DNA of 24,000 nucleotides, taken from NCBI GenBank assembly GCA_023390555.1, contig JAEWCQ010000033.1, positions 192,829 to 216,828 on the forward strand, given 5' to 3'. The DNA comes from Bacillota bacterium (GTDB lineage: Bacteria > Bacillota > Clostridia > Lachnospirales > Lachnospiraceae). The translations under genes and the position numbers were made by a program. Of this stretch, positions 15,779 to 23,921 are shown piece after piece; positions within the stretch are counted from its first letter, which is position 1; every line of letters starts with the position of its first letter. The notes under the pieces were generated by a model. The model was given only the letters and a program-made list of their open reading frames with translations. It ran no database searches and was not told where the DNA came from.

Positions 15779-16018
15779 TTACTTCCAGCCGGAAAGCCAG
15801 CTTTTATCATTTGCAATAGCATTTACAATTTCCTGTCCGGATTTGAAATTATCAAAGGTTCCTTTGCCAATTTCGCTGATGGCTTCCCCTAACAGGTGTT
15901 CATAATAAGCTTCCGGTGTCAGCTCCGTGGTGGTCTGGCTGAAATGCTGCTGAGATTCAGAAGAGGCTAACCGTGCATATTCGTTTTTTACTTCTGTTAT
16001 GAGTTTATCACGATTCAT
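15779..16018 (-). CDS. Small conserved-looking protein (79 aa)
   Basis: MNRDKLITEVKNEYARLASSESQQHFSQTTTELTPEAYYEHLLGEAISEIGKGTFDNFKSGQEIVNAIANDKSWLSGWK. Minus-strand RBS AAAGGAGCAACTTAT precedes the ATG. Confidence 0.65.
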   Translation of the reverse strand: MNRDKLITEVKNEYARLASSESQQHFSQTTTELTPEAYYEHLLGEAISEIGKGTFDNFKSGQEIVNAIANDKSWLSGWK

Positions 16019-16047
16019 ATAAGTTGCTCCTTTGCATAAAAAAATTA

Positions 16048-16197
16048 TTATTTATCATTACCGGGTTTATGACGGCTGCCGGACTGTTTCTTGGTATTTC
16101 TGCTTTCCCCGTCCCATGCACTTTCAGCCATGGTAGGACCGCCATTTGATTTTTGCTTGCGAACCGATTTTGGATCGATTTGAGAATCTTTTGCCAT
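16048..16197 (-). CDS. Small basic hydrophilic protein (49 aa), absent from the supplied ORF track
   Basis: Reverse complement reads AAGGAGTGTAATT-ATG, then MAKDSQIDPKSVRKQKSNGGPTMAESAWDGESRNTKKQSGSRHKPGNDK*. Strong RBS, and in tandem with the 79-aa gene. Confidence 0.6.
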   Translation of the reverse strand: MAKDSQIDPKSVRKQKSNGGPTMAESAWDGESRNTKKQSGSRHKPGNDK

Positions 16198-16404
16198 AAT
16201 TACACTCCTTCATATATTCATAGAGTTATTATTTACAGGTAAAAAGATATTATGCAGAAGTGTCCTGTAATCTACAGGCAGAAAGCGGACACACTTACTG
16301 TAAATAATCATGTGGTGCTGTCATAATTTTCAATATGTTATAATAAAACTGAAGAAGAATATTAGGAATCGTAGTTACCGGAGGCGGAAATGGGAGGTGC
16401 AACA

Positions 16405-17007
16405 ATGGGGAATACGGATCAATTTGATCGGATAGCGAATATATATGATACATCGGAACGAATCCAGATTGCTAACGTGTCATCGAATGCCATTCGTGAA
16501 TACCTGAATGATACGAAATCGAAAGATGCGATGGATTTTGGGTGTGGAACGGGTCTTGTCGGAATGAACTTGTTAAACGATTTTCATTCTGTTCTCTTTC
16601 TGGATTCATCCCAAAACATGATCGATCAGATCAAGCGGAAAATTGCGGGGCTTTCGATCCAGAATGCAGCTACAATGTGCTTTGATTTTGAAAAAGACAG
16701 TCTTTCGGATTTCCATGTGGACTATATTTTTATGTCACAGGTTTTGCTGCATATTAAGGACGTTGGAGCTGTTTTAACAAAATTGTATGAAGTTCTGAGA
16801 GAAAAGGGTCATTTGTTAATCATAGATTTTGATAAAAATGAAACGATAGTTTCGGATATGGTTCATCCTGGATTTGATCAGACTGCATTAACCGAGGTTC
16901 TATCAGAAATAGGATATCGAAATATCCAATCGAAAACCTTTTATACGGGAAGCAATCTATTTATGGGAAACGATGCATCTTTATTTATTCTCGATTCCCG
17001 GAAATAG
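16405..17007 (+). CDS. Class I SAM-dependent methyltransferase
   Basis: SSNAIREYLNDTKSKDAMDFGCGTGLVGMNLL...VLFLDSSQNMIDQIKRKI...DYIFMSQVLLHIKDVGAVLTKLYEVLREKGHLLIIDF. RBS GGGAGGTG before ATG 16405. Confidence 0.88.
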   Translation: MGNTDQFDRIANIYDTSERIQIANVSSNAIREYLNDTKSKDAMDFGCGTGLVGMNLLNDFHSVLFLDSSQNMIDQIKRKIAGLSIQNAATMCFDFEKDSLSDFHVDYIFMSQVLLHIKDVGAVLTKLYEVLREKGHLLIIDFDKNETIVSDMVHPGFDQTALTEVLSEIGYRNIQSKTFYTGSNLFMGNDASLFILDSRK

Positions 17008-17135
17008 GAATAGAAGATGAAAAAATGATCCGTCATTCTATCCAATAAACGGGAATTGACGAATTGTGTAAATTAAGATATAATTATGCCAGGTCTGAAA
17101 AAATATGATCTGAAGTAAAGTTCATAATTAAGTTT

Positions 17136-17248
17136 TCTAGGGTTCCGCAGCCTGGCTGGTCAGTGACCGAGAGAAAACTCGCAGTTTTATAACTGTGCCA
17201 CGGAAGGACAAAAGCCTGGGAGATATCAAGATGATATCTTTCAGGCTT
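17136..17248 (+). promoter_or_regulatory. Guanidine-I riboswitch (ykkC RNA, subtype 1)
   Basis: Conserved ctagGGTTCCG ... ggctGGtCagtgACCGAGAGA ... ACGGaagGAcAAAAGCCTGGGAGAta ... caggc matches the ykkC consensus. It ends about 25 nt before an SMR/Gdx gene. Confidence 0.93.
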
Positions 17249-17273
17249 AATTTTATAGTTTGGAGGTGAAAAC

Positions 17274-17591
17274 ATGGCTTGGATATATTTGACGATAGCA
17301 GGATTATTTGAAGTTGTCTGGGCGGTCGGGCTTAAATATTCCAATGGGTTTACGAAATTAGTCCCATCCCTGATAACGATCGGAGGTATGGTGGTCAGCT
17401 TTTACTTATTGTCACTGGCAACGAAGGAACTGCCGATGGGGACAGCTTATGCGGTCTGGACAGGGATTGGTGCTGTCGGCACGGTTCTGCTTGGCATTTT
17501 TCTATTCAAGGAACCGGTTAATATTTTGCGGATTCTATTTCTCTGCTTCATTGTGACTGGAATTTTAGGATTAAAGTTTACTTCTGCCTGA
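17274..17591 (+). CDS. gdx: Guanidinium exporter Gdx (SugE-type SMR family)
   Basis: [81 protein letters not shown], directly downstream of a guanidine-I riboswitch. Confidence 0.92.
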   Translation: MAWIYLTIAGLFEVVWAVGLKYSNGFTKLVPSLITIGGMVVSFYLLSLATKELPMGTAYAVWTGIGAVGTVLLGIFLFKEPVNILRILFLCFIVTGILGLKFTSA

Positions 17592-17636
17592 TTACGCGGC
17601 AGTTGGATTTGTAAAGAGAAAGAAAGGAAATATGTG

Positions 17637-18125
17637 ATGTTCAGAGAAATGAGAAGAAACAAACAATTATTGTCGCAGGAAGATACATTAGCGGTAATGG
17701 ACAGAGGTACAAATGGCATCCTGGCATGTTTCGGGGATGATGACTATCCATATGCGGTTCCGTTAAGCTATGTATATTTAAACGGCAAAATCTATTTTCA
17801 TTCTGCGAAGGCCGGACATAAAATTGACGCCATTCACAGAGATTCGAAGGTATCTTTTACGGTGGTCGATGAGGATACGATTGTCAGCAAAGAATATACA
17901 AGTTATTTCCGGAGTGTGATTGCCTTTGGGAAAGCCCGGATTGTGGAAGGGGAAGAAAGGCTGGAGGGATTTATGGCTTTGGTAAATAAATATTCCGGAG
18001 ATCAGCCGAAAGAAGCCCGAAGCAAAGAAATCGCCGAATGCATGCAGGCTTACATTGTTGCAATCGATGTGGAACACATCACCGGTAAAGAAGCCATTGA
18101 ATTTGTAAAGCGAAGACAACAATAA
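17637..18125 (+). CDS. Pyridoxamine 5'-phosphate oxidase-family protein (NimA-like flavin/split-barrel)
   Basis: MFREMRRNKQLLSQEDTLAVMDRGTNGILACFGDDDYPYAVPLSYVYLNGKIYFHSAKAGHKIDAIHRDSKVSFTVV. Confidence 0.88.
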   Translation: MFREMRRNKQLLSQEDTLAVMDRGTNGILACFGDDDYPYAVPLSYVYLNGKIYFHSAKAGHKIDAIHRDSKVSFTVVDEDTIVSKEYTSYFRSVIAFGKARIVEGEERLEGFMALVNKYSGDQPKEARSKEIAECMQAYIVAIDVEHITGKEAIEFVKRRQQ

Positions 18126-18153
18126 TTTAACGAAACACGGAGGTAAAGAATAT

Positions 18154-18621
18154 ATGACGATTCTGCCGGCTCAGAGGGAGGATTTACAGGAAATACTGGA
18201 TCTGCAATACCTTGCATATCAAAGTGAGGCAAAACTTTGCAATAATCCGAATATTCCACCGCTCACACAAACACTGCGGGATATAGAACAGGAGTTTCAA
18301 ACAGGAATTGTTCTGAAATGTATGGATCACAATCACGTGATTGTGGCGTCTATACGTGGATATGCAGGGAACGGTTCTTTCTATATCGGAAAGCTGATAG
18401 TCAGACCGGATTTACAGGGTCAGGGTATCGGCACAAAGCTGCTGGAGGAGATAGAAAGGAATTATCCGTATAAAAGATATGAACTGTTTACGAGTTCAAA
18501 CAGTTTACGGAATATAAAGCTATATGAACGATTGGGATATGTGGTTTTTAAAGAACAGGAAGCAGCGCAAAATTTAAAGCTGATTTATTTGGAAAAACAA
18601 AACGGAAAAGTGGAGCATTGA
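18154..18621 (+). CDS. GNAT-family N-acetyltransferase
   Basis: GSFYIGKLIVRPDLQGQGIGTKLLEEIERNYPYKRYELFTSSNSLRNIKLYERLGYVVFKE. GGAGG RBS. Confidence 0.9.
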   Translation: MTILPAQREDLQEILDLQYLAYQSEAKLCNNPNIPPLTQTLRDIEQEFQTGIVLKCMDHNHVIVASIRGYAGNGSFYIGKLIVRPDLQGQGIGTKLLEEIERNYPYKRYELFTSSNSLRNIKLYERLGYVVFKEQEAAQNLKLIYLEKQNGKVEH

Positions 18622-18782
18622 AGTGGAAAAATATAGAAAATAAATAGAATAAACGGCTTTGCTATGTTAGAATAAATTCAGTATATGTTACAGCAGATAA
18701 TTAGATAAGCTCTTTTTATTGTGCAGAAAAAGAGAGGAAAAACTATCTGAAATAGATTATTTTATTGTTAGGAGCTTAAGAT

Positions 18783-19637
18783 ATGGAATGGATCGAAAGA
18801 TTAAATAATGCTGTGCATTATATCGAAGAGAATCTGAGAGGAACGATAGACTTGGAAGAAGTCTCAAAAATAGCATGCTGCTCAACTTATCATTTCCAAA
18901 GAATGTTTTCTTATATGGCGAATATACCGTTATCGGAGTACATACGTCGTAGAAAAATGTCGCTGGCAGCTGTTGATTTACTGAGCGGGAATGAAAAAGT
19001 AATGGATGTTTCTCTGAACTATGGATATGATTCACCAACAGCGTTTAATCGGGCTTTTAAAAGTGTACATGGTTTCGCACCTTCACAGGTAAAAGAAAAT
19101 GGTGCGGTCGTAAAAGCATTTCCTCCTATCAGCTTCAAGATCACAATAAAAGGAGATTATGAAATGAATTACAGAATCGAAAAGAAAGAAGCATTTCGAA
19201 TTGTTGGTATTTCAGAAGCACTGGAAACAGAGATAGAAAAAAATTTTGAAGTTGTACCGAATATGTGGGGTACGGCGGCAATGAACGGGACCATAGCAAG
19301 GCTTTCCGGCATGATGGATGGAATGCCTGCGGGACTGCTCGGAGTAAGCTCCTGCAATGATGCAGAGCAGTGGAGATACTACATTGCAGTTGCAAGCAGT
19401 CAGCCAATCGAGGATGATCTGGAAGAATATACGGTTCCAGGCTCTCTGTGGGCCATATTTTCAGGAGAAGGAAAAAGTCAGTCCATACAGGAATTAGAAA
19501 GAAGAATCGTAGCGGAGTGGCTTCCGACTTCGGGGTATGAATATGGAAATGCACCGGATATCGAAGTATATTTAAATGCAGATCCGGAGAATGCCCGTTA
19601 TGAAGTATGGATTCCTGTCCGGAAAAAGGGGAACTAA
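18783..19637 (+). CDS. AraC-family regulator with C-terminal GyrI-like effector-binding domain
   Basis: MEWIERLNNAVHYIEENLRGTIDLEEVSKIACCSTYHFQRMFSYMANIPLSEYIRRRKMSLAAVDLL + MNYRIEKKEAFRIVGISEALE... C-terminal domain. Confidence 0.9.
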   Translation: MEWIERLNNAVHYIEENLRGTIDLEEVSKIACCSTYHFQRMFSYMANIPLSEYIRRRKMSLAAVDLLSGNEKVMDVSLNYGYDSPTAFNRAFKSVHGFAPSQVKENGAVVKAFPPISFKITIKGDYEMNYRIEKKEAFRIVGISEALETEIEKNFEVVPNMWGTAAMNGTIARLSGMMDGMPAGLLGVSSCNDAEQWRYYIAVASSQPIEDDLEEYTVPGSLWAIFSGEGKSQSIQELERRIVAEWLPTSGYEYGNAPDIEVYLNADPENARYEVWIPVRKKGN

Positions 19638-19639
19638 GT

Positions 19640-20092
19640 ATGGTACATTTGGTATATTGTGATGATCGGGAAAAGGTCTTGGAAAAAATATTGAATGGTA
19701 CGAAAACTATGGTCATACGGGCGGCAGCCGGCAGGAAAATTCCCCACAGCAGAGTATTCGCCGGTGAGAAGCTGTATTTCATGAAAAAAGGAACGGCAAA
19801 AATAGCAGCTTCCGCGACAGTGAAATCTGTGCAGAACTTCGTAAAATTGTCGGAGAATGAGATAGTTAAGACATTGGCAGACAACCAGGATAAATTGAAC
19901 TTGTCAGAAAAACAACAGGAACGCTGGCATAAAAAATGTATGTGTCTGGTAGAATTCGAGAATATAAGCGAGATTCGGCCCCTTGACTTTGATCATCAGG
20001 GGAATATGGACGATTGGCTTATTGTAGAAAAAATAGAAGATGTTGTTGTCGGTACAAGCATTCCATATAACTATGACAAATCCAGATTTTAA
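19640..20092 (+). CDS. ASCH/PUA-like domain protein
   Basis: MVHLVYCDDREKVLEKILNGTKTMVIRAAAGRKIPHSRVFAGEKLYFMKKGTAKIAASATVKSV...CLVEFENISEIRPLDFDHQGNMDDWLIVE. Confidence 0.6.
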   Translation: MVHLVYCDDREKVLEKILNGTKTMVIRAAAGRKIPHSRVFAGEKLYFMKKGTAKIAASATVKSVQNFVKLSENEIVKTLADNQDKLNLSEKQQERWHKKCMCLVEFENISEIRPLDFDHQGNMDDWLIVEKIEDVVVGTSIPYNYDKSRF

Positions 20093-20203
20093 GCGGCATT
20101 TTTATGGCAGGGAACGAGGCCGCGAAGCTGAGTCCGAAAAGTGTAATATTTAGAAGCGGAATGCAATAAAAAATAATACGGTATAGATGCGGGAGGAATT
20201 CGT

Positions 20204-20917
20204 ATGTCGGAAGCACTGGGAGGATTGTTTGGCTGGCTTTTGGTTTTGGCATTTGCCGGTACGGTATTGAATTATTGTTTAAAGTTTGTGAACAGGAGCC
20301 TTGGTAAGAAGATATCGGCTCATCCAGCCGGTAAGCAGGTCATGAAGGTGCTTATGACGATATTTGTGCGTAATCATAAATACTTTGGCTTTGCCACGGC
20401 TGCCTTTCTTCTGATTCATTTTATCGCTCAATTCTCCAGGTTTGGAATCAATGTAACGGGATGTATCGCAGCTGTCATTTTGATTGTTCAGGTTGGATTG
20501 GGAATCTATGCAACTGTGAAAAAGAAGCCGAGAAAAGGTGCATGGTACTGGGCGCATCGTATGATTGCGGTTTGCCTGATCCTGTTCATAGCACTGCATC
20601 TTATGATTCCGAATGCACTGAATACGGCACTCGCCAGAGAAAGTACCTACAGTTCCTCTGATTCTGTAGATGAATCGGAATTGCCGACATTTACGCTGGA
20701 GGAGTTGTCAAAATACAATGGGGAAAATGGAAATAAGGCTTATGTTGCTTACAAAGGACTGGTCTATGATGTTACGGATAGTCCGCAATGGAGCAATGGT
20801 AAGCATCAGGGGCATACGGCAGGAACCGATCTGACGAAGGAAATCAGCGGAGCGCCGCACGGAGATTCCGTTTTTAAGAATCTGAAAGTAGTCGGAAAAC
20901 TCGAGAGCACGACGTAA
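20204..20917 (+). CDS. Membrane b-type cytochrome-like domain fused to a cytochrome b5-like heme/steroid-binding domain
   Basis: Four hydrophobic segments with paired His (NHKYFGF..LLIHFIAQF; WAHRMIAV..FIALHLMIP), then FTLEELSKYNGENGNKAYVAYKGLVYDVTDSPQWSNGKHQGHTAGTDLTKEISGAPHGDSVFKNLKVVGKL. RBS GGGAGG. Confidence 0.82.
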   Translation: MSEALGGLFGWLLVLAFAGTVLNYCLKFVNRSLGKKISAHPAGKQVMKVLMTIFVRNHKYFGFATAAFLLIHFIAQFSRFGINVTGCIAAVILIVQVGLGIYATVKKKPRKGAWYWAHRMIAVCLILFIALHLMIPNALNTALARESTYSSSDSVDESELPTFTLEELSKYNGENGNKAYVAYKGLVYDVTDSPQWSNGKHQGHTAGTDLTKEISGAPHGDSVFKNLKVVGKLESTT

Positions 20918-20954
20918 GATATTTTTCCTTCAGGAAGCCAACAATCGCACACTC

Positions 20955-20988
20955 TTTTGCAATATCGGCATATGATGGTATTGCAAAA
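20955..20988. repeat. 10-bp perfect inverted repeat in the intergenic region
   Basis: TTTTGCAATA (20955-20964) ... TATTGCAAAA (20979-20988). Confidence 0.7.
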
Positions 20989-21044
20989 CAATCTCTTTGC
21001 ACTGCATTACATTTCGATATTGAAATGCGCGATCAACAGTACAA

Positions 21045-21142
21045 ACTGAGCAGGCGATGAACCCTGGTTAAAGTCAGGGTCATGGGGCCGGGCCACTGAG
21101 CATGGCAGCAGATTGTAATTACTTACACATCTGTGGGACAGT
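21045..21142 (+). promoter_or_regulatory. NiCo (czcD) riboswitch aptamer
   Basis: ACTGAGCAGGCGATGAaCCCTG...CAGGGTCATGGGGCCGGGCCActgagcaTGGCAGCAGATtgTAATTACTTACACATCTGTGGGACAGT. It has the GAGCAGGC, GCCGGGC, GGCARCAGAU and CAUCUGUGGGACAGU landmarks and four-way stem layout of the NiCo family. Confidence 0.92.
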
Positions 21143-21168
21143 AGTATGTTCCATAGGTGTGTTTTTTT
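21125..21168 (+). terminator. Intrinsic terminator overlapping the 3' part of the NiCo aptamer (expression platform)
   Basis: ACACATCTGTGGG(A) pairs with TCCATAGGTGTGT (21150-21162) including G-U pairs, followed by a T-run. It is mutually exclusive with aptamer helix P4/P1. Confidence 0.82.
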
Positions 21169-21252
21169 ATACCCATAGGAACATAGAAAGTTGCGTGGAG
21201 TGCCATAGAGCTATCAGTCAATTGCCGGAGAAGCGAAATGGAGGTAACTTTT

Positions 21253-23790
21253 ATGACAGATTACAACATGGACCGGATGGGACTAAGTTCTGCCGAAGCA
21301 GAAGAACTGCAGAAGAGATATGGAAGAAACGAGTTGGTACGGCAAAAAAAGGAGAACCTTGCGAAAAAAGTGCTCCATATTATTGGGGAGCCCATGTTCT
21401 TGCTGCTGCTTGCTGCCGCAGTAATCTATTTTCTGCTTGGAAAGCCGGGAGACGGTGCGGTAATGCTTATTTTTGTGATAGGTGTCATCAGCATCGATGT
21501 CATTCAGGAGTGGAAGACAGATAAAACGTTACATGCATTAAAAGACCTCTCGGCTCCTCACATTACGGTGATTCGCGATGGGAAAGAGACGGTGATAGCC
21601 AGTATCGGCCTGGTGCCCGGTGACTTGATGCTGATCTATGAGGGCGTAAAGATCCCTGCCGATGGGTTGGTGGTGAAATGCAATAATCTTTGCATTGACG
21701 AATCATCTTTGACCGGGGAGACCGGCGGGGTATGGAAATCAGCTGCGTGGAATGCGCAAAAGAAGGAAGAGATATGGAGAAAAGATTATTGTTATGCCGG
21801 CACCATGGTGATGCAGGGAACAGCGGCTGTGCTGGTCGATAAAATTGGAGCGGATACTGAATACGGAAAAATAGCGTCCGGCATTGCGACAGCACCGAAT
21901 GAAGATACCCCGCTTCAAAAACAGACGGACAGTCTGGTAAAGGTGTGTGCGGGGGTGGCAGGCATATTGTGTGTGCTCGCGGGAGCGGTTACGTACTGCA
22001 ATCTAGCGGATCATGCGTTCGTGCCGAGAATCATAGAGAGCATTTTATCCGGCATTACACTGACCATGGCAATGATACCGGAAGAATTTCCTGTTATTTT
22101 GACCGTGTTTCTTTCCATGGGGGCGTGGCGGCTTGCCAAGAAACACTCACTTGTCCGTAAGCTGCCGTCTGTGGAAACGTTGGGAGCAGTATCGGTTCTT
22201 TGCGTGGATAAGACCGGTACCGTCACAAGAAATCAGATGACAGTGCAGGAAGTCTGGGCATGGGGAGGAGACACAGATTCTCTGATCGAAACAATGGGAC
22301 TCGGGTGTGAACCGAATGCTTATGATCCTATGGAGCAGGCGATGCTAACCTGCTGTGCAGACTATGGATTCTCAAAGCAATCCTTATTCAGCGGTGAGCT
22401 GATTGCCGAATATGCTTTTACAAACGAGCAAAAAATGATGGGGCACGTCTGGCGCAGAAACGGTGAAATCCGAATTGCTGCCAAAGGATCTCCGGAACGG
22501 ATTCTGACCATCTGCAAGAATGTGGATAGGGAGCGCGAACTTGTGGAAAATAAAATTGCTGAAATGTCGCGACAGGGGCTTCGTGTCATTGCGGCAGCGG
22601 TCGGCAAACCTGCGAGTGATGCTGATATTCCAAAAGAAATTACGGAATGCTCGCTCACGTTTCTCGGACTGATCGGTCTTTCGGACCCACCGAGGGAAAA
22701 CGTGAAAAATGATATCGCCATGTGCAGCAGGGCGGGTATTCGCGTTGCCATGATCACGGGCGATCACGGGATGACTGCAGCTTCCATAGCCGGAAAAATC
22801 GAAATGCCGCATTGTGAAGAAGTCATTACCGGGGATATGTTAAATGCGATGAGTGACACAGAGCTGCGCGAAAAGGTATGGAATGTGAATATTTTTTCCC
22901 GGGTAGTTCCGGAGCATAAGATGCGTATCGTAAAAGCGTTGAAAGAAAACGGAGAAATTGTAGCGATGACCGGTGACGGCGTAAATGATGCACCGGCGTT
23001 GAAATATGCGGATATCGGGATTGCTATGGGAAAACGCGGTTGCGAGACGGCAAGGGAAGCTGCTGATTTTATTCTGCTGGATGACAACTTTACGACCATT
23101 GTTGAGACAGTAAAAGACGGAAGAAGAATTTATGATAATATACGGAAAGCAGTGGGGTATGTTTTCACGATTCATATCCCGATTGCTTTTGCATCCATCC
23201 TGGCTCCGTTGCTTGGAATAACACCGGAGGCGATATTCCTGCTTCCGATTCATATCGTATTACTGGAACTGATGATAGATCCGACCTGTTCGATTGTTTT
23301 AGAACGTCAGCCGGCAGAGGCGGATATCATGGAAAGGAAGCCAAGAGATGCGAAGGAAAATCTGCTGGATGTGCACCTTTTTCTGAAAAGCATGATACAG
23401 GGGCTTGTGATTTTTGCGGCATCTTTTTGCACTTATTTCAGTATGCTGGACGGCAAGGCTGAGAATGCACCGGCGGCGAGGGCAATGGGGCTTGTTATTC
23501 TTATGCTGTCAAACCTGTTATTGGTACAGGTAAATAGTTCTTCCTATGATTTTGCTTTCCGGTCGGTACGGAGACTGATCAAAGACAAAGTGATGTGGGC
23601 AGTTAATATTTTTACGTTACTGGGTATATTTATTGTATTATATACCCCTGTAAATCACTTGCTGAAATTTGAACCGCTGACATGCACGCAGCTTCTGCTG
23701 TCTGCAGGCATTGCAGGTGCTGCCGTTTTGTGGTACGAATTTGTCAAATTAATCAGACTCGCCAGAAAAAGCATTCGGCGAAAATTGTAA
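21253..23790 (+). CDS. P-type ATPase (P2-like fold), probable transition-metal (Co/Ni/Fe) exporter
   Basis: CVDKTGTVTRNQMTV phosphorylation motif, DESSLTGET, MIPEEFPVILTVFLSMGAWRLAKKHSLVRKLPSVETLG, MITGDHGMTA, MTGDGVNDAPALKYADIGIAMG. ATG 21253 behind AATGGAGG; NiCo riboswitch upstream. Confidence 0.9.
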   Translation: MTDYNMDRMGLSSAEAEELQKRYGRNELVRQKKENLAKKVLHIIGEPMFLLLLAAAVIYFLLGKPGDGAVMLIFVIGVISIDVIQEWKTDKTLHALKDLSAPHITVIRDGKETVIASIGLVPGDLMLIYEGVKIPADGLVVKCNNLCIDESSLTGETGGVWKSAAWNAQKKEEIWRKDYCYAGTMVMQGTAAVLVDKIGADTEYGKIASGIATAPNEDTPLQKQTDSLVKVCAGVAGILCVLAGAVTYCNLADHAFVPRIIESILSGITLTMAMIPEEFPVILTVFLSMGAWRLAKKHSLVRKLPSVETLGAVSVLCVDKTGTVTRNQMTVQEVWAWGGDTDSLIETMGLGCEPNAYDPMEQAMLTCCADYGFSKQSLFSGELIAEYAFTNEQKMMGHVWRRNGEIRIAAKGSPERILTICKNVDRERELVENKIAEMSRQGLRVIAAAVGKPASDADIPKEITECSLTFLGLIGLSDPPRENVKNDIAMCSRAGIRVAMITGDHGMTAASIAGKIEMPHCEEVITGDMLNAMSDTELREKVWNVNIFSRVVPEHKMRIVKALKENGEIVAMTGDGVNDAPALKYADIGIAMGKRGCETAREAADFILLDDNFTTIVETVKDGRRIYDNIRKAVGYVFTIHIPIAFASILAPLLGITPEAIFLLPIHIVLLELMIDPTCSIVLERQPAEADIMERKPRDAKENLLDVHLFLKSMIQGLVIFAASFCTYFSMLDGKAENAPAARAMGLVILMLSNLLLVQVNSSSYDFAFRSVRRLIKDKVMWAVNIFTLLGIFIVLYTPVNHLLKFEPLTCTQLLLSAGIAGAAVLWYEFVKLIRLARKSIRRKL

Positions 23791-23813
23791 AACAATAAAA
23801 GACTTTCTTGAAA

Positions 23814-23860
23814 AACGGGCAATTGCCGGCATATAATAGAGCTAGCAATTGTTCGTTTTT
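23814..23860 (+). terminator. Rho-independent terminator after the P-type ATPase gene
   Basis: AACGGGCAATTGC (23814-23826) / GCAATTGTTCGTT (23845-23857), two G-U pairs, then TTTTT. Confidence 0.8.
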
Positions 23861-23921
23861 ACAGGTGGTACGATGAGAAGGAATTAACCGGCATTTTGAA
23901 AAATCAGGAGGACTGCGGACA

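Noticed and set aside
19141-19884. 247-aa minus-strand ORF
   Set aside because: Overlaps the antisense of the AraC-GyrI and ASCH-like genes, both of which have convincing motifs and RBSs. The translation looks random.
21102-21524. + strand ORF MAADCNYLHICGTVVCSIGVFFYTH...
   Set aside because: It starts inside the NiCo riboswitch and overlaps the well-supported P-type ATPase in another frame, with no domain similarity.
22362-23253. Long minus-strand ORFs (22362..22757, 22384..22812, 22764..23099, 22840..23253)
   Set aside because: Antisense to the conserved P-type ATPase coding sequence. Translations are Ser/Arg-rich without recognisable motifs.
21253-23790. Simple annotation as a Ca2+-transporting ATPase
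   Set aside because: Overall P2-type similarity does not define the substrate. The upstream NiCo riboswitch and PEEFP motif argue for a transition-metal exporter instead.
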